Part shown: positions 1-12,400 of the stretch, piece after piece | Layout: each line of letters starts with the position of its first letter | How positions within the stretch are numbered: position 1 is the stretch's first letter | Assembly: GCF_026571515.1 (NCBI RefSeq) | Contig: NW_026857880.1 | Coordinates: 1-64,000, forward strand | Direction: 5' to 3' | DNA: 64,000 bases | From: Ruditapes philippinarum | Taxonomy: Eukaryota | Made by a program: the position numbers and the translations under genes | Notes under the pieces: generated by a model | Told to the model about the DNA's origin: nothing | Database searches by the model: none | Seen by the model: only the letters and a program-made list of their open reading frames with translations

Positions 1-138
1 GGGATTTCAATGTTAAAAAACAAAAATTGAGCTACATACATGTATGTACTAACAGTATAGAGCCTGGTCAGATAGAATGCATGTACAGGCCTGCCTGGCC
101 CTATACTTGTAGTAAAGGCTTAACACTTTAAGGGTTAA

Positions 139-445
139 AGAGACTCCACTGAGGTCTTAAAGCCTAAAACATAAAATTTGAATTTCTTACATTAATGAGC
201 TTGGGCACTTAAAACAGAAAGATATTCAAAGATAATTAAGAAATATACTGAGATATAATTTGAAAGTTTTTTCAATTTTGGGTCATTTTTAACAATAAAA
301 TTAACTATTCTGACAAAAACGAAGTGAGAAATTGATCTAAAATTTTTCACAAAGGCTATAGGTCTATACCTTCATGAAATGGAACATTAATCTTTGAAAA
401 ATAATTTCATTCCCGTCATGTCAAAAGAACCTCAGTCGAGTCCCT
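139..445. mobile_element. TTAA-flanked MITE (Kolobok-like AG..CT termini)
   Basis: ttaa|agagactccactgaggt ... acctcagtcgagtccct|ttaa; imperfect 17-bp TIR. Confidence 0.7.
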
Positions 446-498
446 TTAAAGTTACATATCAATATGTATTACAATAATATGAAACAATAATGCTATAC

Positions 499-3400
499 CC
501 GTAAGTCCAGTGGCTTCAGCTGTCTGAAATGATGCATAAGACATGAGAAAAAACAGAGCTGTCTCAAGAAGAGGGAACTCGCGGATCTTTGTATACTTCG
601 TTAATAATGCTGTCGCCATTCCAATCAGGGATCCAATCAGAAATGCCCCTCCAAATATACCAGCAAAGTTTCCAAGAGCTTTGAAAAATGCATGGACACT
701 GAATCCTGCAGATTTCTCCTTCCCATAAGCTTCCACAGAACTGGAATAAAGAATGAAGTTGTAAATTGATAAATTAAAGTTATATACCTATCTAAATATA
801 TATATATTGTCTACTGGTTTCTAATCAAAATACACTATAATTATTCTACCATCTGCAAATAAATACTGTGCAGAGTTAGCAGTTAAAAGAATGATGAACA
901 AGAAATATTCCTATTCTTGCCCTGTAGATTTTAAACTTGCATATAATAGAATAAAAGGCTTTTATTTTGTAGATGTGATTAATAAACCAAACAGCAATAA
1001 CTAACCCTTAACCTGCTAGAGCCTGAAGTGAGCCTTTGCCAACAGGCCAAAGGTCAGCCTGTACATCCATTCATTCTGACCAGGCTCTAAATTGATGGTA
1101 GCTCAATAGTTGCAGTTTGATATTGAAATTTCTAAAACTTTTAAATGGTCTGTTTTAAAAGCAAAACTCGGGGGAAAATTTTTTACAAATAAATTTTGCA
1201 AATTAAAGGGCTCAAAACAAATTTTTTTGTTAAATATTGACCAAAATTTTAAATTTTCCCAAAAATAATGATGTTTGAAAAAGTTTTGTTTTAAAATAAA
1301 ATGTGATATAAAAATTCCCCCAAAAAAAGATTTTTCTTTCAATAATCAAATTTTTTTTTTTTATAAAAATTTTTTAAATTAAAAAACCCCTTTTTTCAAC
1401 AATACCAAAAAATGTACCCTAATTGGGAAGCCCGCAAAAATTCACAAAAATATTAAACCAAAAATTTTATAAAGATGAAGACTGGAAAAAATAAATGATG
1501 ACTAATTACAATGTAAATGAAGAAATGAGAATAAATATAAAATAATGTGTTTCTCCTCTGGAGCAATTCCATCCGTCTAAATAATGTCATAAATAATGTT
1601 TATTCCTATGTCACAATAAAATGGTAACTAACTTGAGTCTTTGTTAAACTTCTGTTCTTTTCAAAGGTTAATTCCATGAACATGTATTTTTTTTTAACAT
1701 TCATTATATACACATAGATTAATGATCAGTTAAATCCATAGAAATAATAGGAATTGCTCAAAAGAAGATACATAAATACACATGGCAATGCATAAGCTAA
1801 GAAAAAGTAATTTTACACTGCAATTTTACTGTTTTCAATATTTCATAATAAAGATGTCAAAAATTATATTTGGTTAATGTAATTTTTATAATCATTTGAA
1901 TCTAAAATTGGGGAATAATATAAACTCTACCCATACATGATAATTAAAATGTGATCATGCAATGTTTGTCTAATGCAGCAGTCTTACACAAGCACTAATT
2001 TTTGGTATTTACTTCTTAACCTTTAACCTGCCGAAACCGAATTAGATCTGCCTTTACCAACCAGTATAAAACCAGGCTAGCATGAAAATCTGTGTTAAAG
2101 TCTGACAAGGCTCTATACTGTTGGTAATGGAATGGACTGTTCTAAATTCAAAGCAAGGCAAATCCATTTCACACACTCAGCAGATTTAAAGTTTATCTAT
2201 AGACATTATGTAACAAACAATAACTTCTTATAATTAAGGCACCAATTTCCATGGTTACAAGTATTGACAGGTCATAGGATAGGCTTACTACTGTGTATAT
2301 AGCAATCCATGGATGATAATTCAAAAATATTATTACATGTATATTCAATACAAAGGGAGATCATTCAAAAACCTAACTATAATATCAGTGTATATCATTT
2401 ACCATACAAGGGAGATAATCTACATTGTTTCAGAGTTTTTGGTGATTTCCTGTCATGAAGTATTTCTGGAACAATATATGCAGCTAAAGAATCAAAGAAT
2501 AAAACTTTAAAATATGATAAAAGTAAGTCAAACATAATCTCACAATATGATGTTTCAAGTACAGTAAATTGCAACTAGATGCAAATGTATACATGCCAAA
2601 ATAATCTATGCAACTTAATTTCCAATTCATTCTAAAATTCAAAAGCACAAAAAATATGCAAAATATTTAGCATGTAACAGACATCACAGGACTTTTCGAT
2701 TAATTGAATTTCGTGTGACATAATACTGCTACAGTCATGTGACAACTTTCAAGCTTTACCGTTGGATAGTGAACGTGGTCCATTTTTCCATGCATCAAGA
2801 ACAGTTCTGCTCTTCAATTGACAGTTTCATATACCAACCTTTATGAGGGATTCAATTTATCATTAAATAATCTTCTAATATTAAAGTGCAAATACTATTT
2901 ACCCAAGGTACACCATAATTCGAAGGTACTGTATTAAATTTTCACAGAGTGACCATACAGTTGTGTTTGTATTGCATGCATCAGTAAACAAAGTGACATA
3001 AAGATGCATCAAGACATGATAAATGAGGTCAAGCAGTGCTGTTTTCTGCAAAAGATGATGATGGATGATGAGAAAGACTACATTGATGATTAGGATAATG
3101 ATCAAGTTGATAATGATGCTGGTATAATCATGAAAGATTTGACAACCAATTTAAAAGCTAATGATGATTACACTCGATCTGTTTAAATTACTGATGGATG
3201 ACAACTATCATGATCATGATGACAGTACATTAATGATTAGGATTATTGCCTTACGCAGGTTATATAATGATAATGGCAATAAGAATAATGATGATGATGT
3301 TAATAATAATGATGATGATGATTACAGTGTAAACAATTTCAACTAGAACTATCACTAAATGTGATTAATACCCCCACAAGACTGCTTCGGAAATGAGGAT

Positions 3401-6400
3401 GTTACTAGTAACAGAATATCTTGTAAAAGAATTGAAATATAGAGTTATGGTTGTGGGCAATTAAAGATAGTTGTGGTTCTTGTATATTGCATTTCCTTTC
3501 AATGTGGTTGGCCATTGATGAAGTTTTATTGAATTACTCTGTAATAAGTCCAGAAAGACAAAAGAAAAGGAACAAAGGGCAATAACTCTACAAATACTGA
3601 AGATGGAGTTATAGTTCTTGTGCACTGCACTTCCTCTTTTTGTGCTTGACCATTGTATGAAGTTGTTTTGAATTTCAACCAGTACGTTTTAAGTTATGCT
3701 CCAGACAAGGAAAAGTATCAAAGGGCAGTAACTCTGTATTTTGTCAAAATGGAGTTATGGCTCTTATGCACTGCACTTCCTTTTAATGTCCTTGACAACT
3801 GTATGAAGTTGTATTGAATTCAAAACAGTAGTTTTCAAGTTATGCTCTGGACAAGGAAAAGTAACAAAGGGCAATAACTCTGTAATTTGTCAAGATGGAG
3901 TTATAGTTCTTGTGCACTGCACTTCCTCTCAATGTGCTTGACCATTGTATGAAGTTATAATGAATTCCAAAGGGCAATAACTCTTTAATTACTTTTGATA
4001 GAGTTATGGTTCTTGTGCACTGCACTTCCCCTTATTGTGTTTGACAATTGTATGAAGTTGTTTTGAATTCCAACCAGTAGTGTTCAAGTTATGCCCCGGA
4101 CAAGGAAAAGTAACAAAGGGCAGTAACTCTGTAATTAGTCAAGATAGAGTTATGGTTCTTGTGCACTGCACTTCCTCTCAATGTGCTTGACCAATGTATG
4201 TAGTTATATTGAATTCCAACCATTAGTCTTCAAGTTATGGTCCGGACAAAAGAAAGCAATGGAAAAGTAACAAAGGGCAATAACTCTGTAATTACTTTCG
4301 ATAGAGTTATGGTTCTTGTGCACTGCACTTCCCCTTATTGTGTTTGACAATTGTATGAAGTTGTTTTGAATTCCAACCAGTAGTTTTCAAGTTATGCCCC
4401 GGACAAGGAAAAGTAACAAAGGGCAATAACTCTGTAATTAGTCAAGATAGAGTTATGGTTCTTGTGCACTGCACTTCCTCTCAATGTGCTTGACCATTGT
4501 ATGTAGTTATATTGAATTCCAACCATTAGTCTTCAAGTTATGGTCCGGACAAGGAAAATGCAACAGACGTCTGGACCGACCGACCAACCGCCCGACCGAT
4601 CGACCAACCGACCACCGGGTGACTCCTATATACCCCCCCAAACTTCGTTTTTGGGGGTATAAAAATGTTAATAATGATCTGCAATACAAGTAAGCTTAAA
4701 CGATTACCACAATCAGCATTTCAATGAACAGGATGATGATAATAATGATGATGATGATGATGCCAATGATGATAATGATGATGAGTATTACTTCAGTATC
4801 ATGAATAAATCCAAATTATTAGTATTGGTCATTCAAAATGATAATGTAATTTCTAACTTACGATAAAGATATTGATCTAGAAAAATCACGACATTCATGT
4901 TGAAATCAATGAAATCGAATGATGAGAATGACACTGGTAATGATAAAGACATCATGAAATTCAGAGAGAAATGATGATAAAGAAAAATACAGGTGTTGAT
5001 ATTGTACCTTCACAATCATGTACACAGAACATCCATATCGTTCAACTTGTATGACAGGTGTTAATTTCAAAGCTTTGTGATCTAACATCCTTTGGATGCA
5101 TTCCCATGTGAGAGAATATGCTTAAATTCAGATGAAATTAGGTGCAACCTATGACACCTAAAGCCCTTATGATTTAATAACAAGCATAAAGTTTTTATAT
5201 AAATTGGACTTTGTAAATAATGAGTAAATGCAGGTATTTTTGTACACTTAATTAGATACGAATGAATTGGTGGTGTTCAACCTATCTCTGAAGTATTCCG
5301 ATGGACCTTTCTGGTGTTTACAGTTTTATATAAATTGGCTTACGTGTTATCCAATCGCTACACTGAGATAAAACATAGTCACTGGTTGACCTGGTTTGCA
5401 CAAAAGAACACGTGCTTATGTTTGTGATACTGTTTGTGAGCAGTTGACCTAGCAATGAATGGAAAAGGTGTGGCTAAATGTTCCGCTACGAAAAACCGGG
5501 AAGGTCCATCGTTTTCGCATATCTCAATTTGACACGTATTTTTATTGATTTTAATGTGATTTTAGTTTAACTTATACACATCATACATGTTATCTCAAAC
5601 TTTCCACATATTATGATTTTAATTGCCGTAATCAAATTATTTTCCTTTGAGATTATTTTGAGACATGGTGTCACGAGATTATCACAGATATTGACTATAC
5701 GTTTGTAAATTGTTATCGCCTCTCTGTTTGCTATGCCTTTTGTAATTTATTTGAAAACATTGAAAGCTTGTAATTTTGACATCAAAGTAAGACCGTTTCA
5801 TGAACGAGTCCCCTATGAGTCCACTTTTTACCAAAGTTTCTTCAACCTCGACTTATTGAAGTTCTACTGTACAGTCGACTCTCGTTATCTCGAAGTCATT
5901 GGGACCGTCCAAAAAATATCCAGATAACGAAATGTCGAGATAAACATATTAGGGTTAGATCAAGGCGAAACTGATTTTTACATAAGACATGTGCATACCT
6001 TATGTCAAATAACTATAGTATCCCAATGTCTTTGTTTTCATAGGCCTAGTCAATATTTAACAAAGTAACATAAGCGGATGTTTACCAGCGGAAATACGGG
6101 TGTCTGTGTTTAAAAAACACATAGTGAGGTTTACTCAATAATACACCAATATAGTGAATAGGATATCGGATATGGTTGATTCCGGATATCTTCCCGGTTA
6201 TTTATCGGGTTCTTTCTCGAGATTGTTCCAACGCTGATTGATTTGGTGGTGATTGTTGTGAAACAATATTGCAACGGTAGCTTTTCTATACTTTCACTAT
6301 TTCATTTACATTTAAAGTCATAATGAATTAATACAGTTTTCGAATATTTAAAAAGAATGTAAAATTCACTCATTTTGGACATAACTCAATCAACACGCTA

Positions 6401-9400
6401 AATAGATTAACTTTTATAAAAACAGCTAAACTTGTTACAAACATAATCGTCATTATGACGCGCGCTATTAATTGGGCAATTATTGTCTAGATTGCGTTTT
6501 TCACACGTCTGAAAGGAACAGACGAAGTCGAGATAAACAAAGGATAATAGTGTGAAAATAACTGTTGGGGCTGAAATTTTACATCGAGATACTGAAAATA
6601 TCGAAATAAAAATATCGAGATAAACAAATATTTCCAATATAGATAAAGAAGGAAGAAAATCGGGACTTTCAAAATTTCATCGAGATAACGAAATATCGAG
6701 AAAAGCGATGTCGAGATAACGATAGTTGACTGTATATAAAATTCTTTTTAAGCCTATTACATTTAAAACTCAATTTTTGATCATCCAAACAACTGATGAC
6801 AATGTTGTTTAACACTACTTTTCCCCTAAAATATAATGCATAAAATTCTATACAATTTCTTAAACCAATACTAATACATGCTTTACCCTTAGAAGAATTA
6901 ACACAAGCTAAAATGAGAAAAGAAACAAATATTTATAGATATAATTGAAAACCATTGTAAGATACCCACAACTGAACTGAAATATTCCATAACTCTTGCA
7001 TATAAACAGAGACAGGAATTATAATATCAGTCAAAAATATCCAAGGACATGTGAAAGCTTGAGTATGCAACAATTCCAGATAGATATAAGAAAGGCCCCA
7101 AGGATTGGAAGTTAGGATTTGTACACATGCTATGACATATAAAATAAAGACCTGCCTTTCTTCAAATGTTAACACCGACCTGTATAGAGAATGAATTACT
7201 AATTAAACATTCATGAATAATATAATTAAACTATGATCTTATATGAATTTACTTTTCCAGCACCATATTTCTTCATTTACTTTAATCAATGCAATATTTT
7301 TGGGCTAAAAATTTTATATGAGTAGTAAAGAGTAAAAAGCATTATGCTAATTCATTTACCTTGTACCTCAATTTCTTTAATTGACTTGATCAGCTTCTAT
7401 TTTTGGACCTGTCTATAATCAATTTAGGGGATATCAAGGTGAAAATTTTAAGTGAGTCAGCCAACAGTACAAAGCCTGGTCAGGCTGCATGGATGTGCAT
7501 TAAGTACTTCTGGCATTAAGTAAGTATATCACCCTGTCAGTTTTAGCAAGGTAAAAACTAATGAAATTGTAAGATTTGTTTATATAATGAATTAGTGTAT
7601 TATGGATTTTAAGGTAACTTTATTGTCATACTTTAAATCCAATCTAGATAATTTACCTCGACCTTCTACAAAACAAATTCTACAAAGATTCATTGACACT
7701 TGACCTTGTCACTATGCAGAAAATTTAATTACTATGAAAATACAGTCCGACCCCGGTTATTCCACAACCCTTTATTCGAATACCCGGCATTATCCGAAAT
7801 AGATCGGCGGTCCCGTTTTTTTATCTCTATATAAATAAATATTAATATGAGCGTATTATTCGAAATGCATTATCCGAATTCCCCCTATTTTTCGGAGTAA
7901 AATTTCAGTCCCGATTATACAATATTGAAAGAATTTCACACCTATTATTCGAAGCCAGCCTAAATATTATTCGAAGCCAGACTAATTGGCGCAGATCCAC
8001 TCGCTGCCCGGTCGACTTGTGAAAACTATCAACAGTCATGCATGTATTTAGATAATCAAGATAATAACTCTTTTGTATGTTCTTTAATCAACTTTAATTA
8101 CCGAAAATGAAAAGCAATGCACCGTATCCGATTTTGTTACTGTTATTGCTTGAAGATGACAGCAATAATTTTCATACATACCGTATATGTAAATTTGTCA
8201 AAACATCCAACACATTTTTTTCATTAATTGTAACGCTACATGAGAGCCTTTTTCCTAATCGAAAATACCAGAGTTTAGCTGTAAATACCGTAGTGACAAC
8301 TCGGCCATTATCAAGGCTTTGCGCGAAATGAAACGATACATTATGTTGAATAAAATGCAAGTACTTATGTCTTCAATGTCAATACAATAATTTTTACGCA
8401 TCTTTTTTAAATATTTTTTTCTCTAAATTGATTACAGGAAGTAAGTGTGTTGTAAACGGTAGTTTTGCTATGATTGGTCAAAGTTGAGTAGTTTTCGTCT
8501 ATCACAATAGTCCGATTTCGATTATTCGAACCCATCGATTAATCGAAGTAAATATTCAGTCCCAGGCACTTCGAATAAACGGGGTTGGACTGTATGCAGA
8601 AAAAAGGGAGCCTTTTATCATTATATGATTTAAACCTGACCTTAATGATGACCTGATGGTCATGTGACCTCAAACAGCCAAAATATAGAGCAAAATAAAT
8701 AGCAATATTTTGTAATAATGCAAATCAACATTCTTAAAGTAAAAGGACTTTTAAAAAAAACTTAATTATAATTAATATTCTTGTAACTTAAAATGACATG
8801 TAATTCAGAAAAAGAAGCTGCAATCATGGAAATGGAAAAATACATGTATATATTATAAGCACAGTAGGTAAGATATTTTACCACACCAGAAGGTATATGA
8901 AACAAATTATGATAAAAGTTGATTTGAATAACTCTTTGGATGCAAAGACAGATTCTGTATATACACAGAAAATATTTATCATTCATTAGAAACAAACATG
9001 GTATGTTCTTAAAACAAAACACCCCCATTCCAACCAAATGTGTAAAGGATGGTTTGGCAAAAAAATTATAAAAAACTAATGTCAATTGGGAAAAACATTA
9101 GGAATACGCTTAATACAGTAACATTCTTTAAGTACTTAATACAGTTACATTCTTTAAGTAGTCTTTAGATATTTTTCTAAATGTAAATTAACCATTTTCA
9201 TTAAAACATTAAAATACTATAAATATAAAATGATATTTATCTCTCATGAAACAGACTATATCTGATTACCTAATTTAAATTCAACAAGAGCTGTCCATAA
9301 GACAGTGCTCTTGACTATTCTCAGTGCTTGATAGAAAAGGGGCATTACTCTGTAAAAAGGTAATTTAAAATTATAGGACTTGTGCCTTTCATGTAAGATA

Positions 9401-12400
9401 ACCACAGAGAACAAGTGTGTGTGATTTTAACCATTCCCTCAAGTAGTTCTGAAAATACCAACTTGCACACAAAAATTTAACCAAAGTGTGATGCCGATGC
9501 CAACACCAGTTGAGTACAATTATAGCTCTCTCTATTCTCCTGCTAGGCAAGCTAAAAATATATAAATATGAAAGGTAAGCACTTCATAAAAATGGAATCT
9601 TTCCTTACCGTGATAGTACAATAGCTACATAAGGTAGAATCTTTCCTTACCCTGATAGAACAATAGCTACATAAAAGTGGAATCTTACCATACCCTGATA
9701 GGATACTAGCTACATAAAGATAGAATATTTCCTTAACTCGATAGTACAATAGCTACATAAAAGAGGAATATTTCCTTATCCTGATAGTACAATAGTTACA
9801 TAAAGGTGGAATCTTTCCTTACCCTGATAGGATACTAGCTACATAAAGATAGAATATTTCCTTAACTCGATAGTACAATAGCTACATAAAAGAGGAATAT
9901 TTCCTTTTCCTGATAGTACAATAGCTACATAAAAGTGGAATATTTCCTTACCCTGATAGTACGATAGCTACATAAAAGTGGAATATTTCCTTACCCTGAT
10001 AGTACGATAGCTACATTAAGGTAGAATATTTCCTTACCCTGATAGTACAACATCTACATGAAGGTAGAATATTTCCTTACCCTGATAGTAAAATAGCTAC
10101 ATGAAGGTAGAATATTTCCTTACCCTGATAGTACAATAGCTACATAAAGGTAGAATATTTCCTTACCCTGATAGTACAATAGCTACATAAAGGTAGAATA
10201 TTTCCTTACCCTGATAGTGCAATAGCTACATAAAGGTAGAATATTTCCTTACCCTGATAGTAAAATAGCTACATAAAGGTAGAATCTTTCCTTACCCTGA
10301 TAGTACAATAGCTACATAAAGGTAGAATCTTTCCTTACCCTGATAGTACAACATCTACATAAAGGTAGAATATTTCCTTACCCTGATAGTACAATAGCTA
10401 CATAAAAGTGGAATATTTCCTTACCCTGATAGTACGATAGCTACATTAAGGTAGAATATTTCCTTACCCTGATAGTACAACATCTACATGAAGGTAGAAT
10501 ATTTCCTTACCCTGATAGTAAAATAGCTACATGAAGGTAGAATATTTCCTTACCCTGATAGTACAATAGCTACATAAAGGTAGAATATTTCCTTACCCTG
10601 ATATCGCAAAAGCTACATAAAGGTGGAATATTTTCTTACCCTGATAGTACAATATCTACATAAAGGTAGAATATTTCCTTACCCTGATAGTGCAATAGCT
10701 ACATAAAGGTAGAATATTTCCTTACCCTGATATCGCAAAAGCTACATAAAGGTGGAATATTTTCTTACCCTGATAGTACAATATCTACATAAAGGTAGAA
10801 TATTTCCTTACCCTGATAGTACAATAGCTACATAAAGGTAGAATATTTCCTTACCCTGATAGTGTAATAGCTACATAAAGGTAGAATATTTCCTTACCCT
10901 GATAGTGCAATAGCTACATAAAGGTAGAATATTTCCTTACCCTGATAGTATAATACCTACATAAAGGAGAATATTTCTTTGAAAGCTACATGAAGGTAGA
11001 ATCTTTCTTTACCCTGATAGTACAATAGCTACATAAAAGTGGAATATTTCCTTATCCTGATAGTACGATAGCTACATAAAGGTGGAATATTTCCTTACCC
11101 TGATAGTATAATACCTACATTAAGGTGGAATATTTCCTATACCCTGATAGTACGATAGCTACATTAAGGTGGAATATTTCCTTACCCTGATAGTACGATA
11201 GCTACATTAAGGTAGAATATTTCCTTACCTGATAGTAAACATCTACATGAAGGTAGAATATTTCCTTACCTGATAGTAAAATAGCTACATGAAGGTAGAA
11301 TATTTCCTTACCCTGATAGTACAATAGCTACATAAAGGTAGAATATTTCCTTACCCTGATAGTACAATAGCTACATAAAGGTAGAATATTTCCTTACCCT
11401 GATAGTGCAATAGCTACATAAAGGTAGAATATTTCCTTACCCTGATATCGCAAAAGCTACATAAAGGTGGAATATTTTCTTACCCTGATAGTACAATATC
11501 TACATAAAGGTAGAATATTTCCTTACCCTGATAGTACAATAGCTACATAAAGGTAGAATATTTCCTTACCCTGATAGTGCAATAGCTACATAAAGGTAGA
11601 ATATTTCCTTACCCTGATAGTACAATATCTACATAAAAGTAGAATATTTCCTTACCCTGATAGTACAATAGCTACATAAAGGTAGAATATTTCCTTACCC
11701 TGATAGTGCAATAGCTACATAAAGGTAGAATATTTCCTTACCCTGATAGTGCAATAGCTACATAAAAGTGGAATATTTCCTCAACGTGATAGTACAATAG
11801 CTACATAAAAGTGGAATATTTCCTTACCCTGATATCGCAAAAGCTACATAAAAGTGGAATATTTCCTTACCCTGATATCGCAAAAGCTACATAAAAGTGG
11901 AATATTTCCTTATCCTGATAGTACAATAGCTACATAAAGGTGGAATATTTCCTTACCCTGATAGTACAATAGCTACATAAAAGTGGAATCTTTCCATACC
12001 CCGATAGTACAATAGCAGGGTTTGTACAGACATCCAATACCAAAATTCAAGCACTTTTAAGCAGGTTTTCCCATTTTTTCAAGCACATTTTGTTGCAAAT
12101 AATATCATTGATAACAAATGATAAAGTAACATTAAAACAGCCATAAAACATTGGAAACTTTAATCTTAACTACTAAATAACATACATTGTACATAATGTG
12201 ATATTTATGTATTCATGTATAGTGCAGCTAAATTATTCCTGTGTGACCAGCAAATTTAATTCATATCATTGTTTATTGATTTTGGTACTAAGTTTGATAA
12301 TTGGGTTTTTTTTGTATTTTTTGTAAACTGTTGATTTTTACCGACATGATCTCGTTTGATCATTTTCAAGCATATTAACAACAAATTTAATCACTTTCCA

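Larger units (their letters stand above)
1000..7560. repeat. Dispersed ~200-bp ttaaccct-headed repeat family (copies ~1000-1150, ~2015-2190, ~7335-7555; also 1-138)
   Basis: Shared core agcctggtcag(a/g)..gcat..gtgca / ctgac(c/a)aggctcta..tgttgg in either orientation, with ttaaccct-type ends. Confidence 0.55.

Noticed and set aside
1140-1480. Homopolymer-rich stretches (also ~42800-44200, 48580-49200, 57840-58140, 59770-59950) and the ORFs in them, as biological low-complexity or edited sequence
   Set aside because: The runs are inflated across all four bases and overwrite recognisable exons and repeats. This pattern fits low-quality long-read consensus.
3840-4693. Short ORFs within the 147-bp repeat element and other MITEs
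   Set aside because: They are chance frames in non-autonomous repeats with no transposase or Rep/helicase motifs.
5299-5511. Small inverted-repeat element (cgatggacctt..aaggtccatcg)
   Set aside because: The inverted match is real, but there is no TSD or second copy to define it as a mobile element.
9590-12015. 43-bp array as a CRISPR array
   Set aside because: The units are head-to-tail with no unique spacers, there are no cas genes, and the context is a eukaryotic intron.
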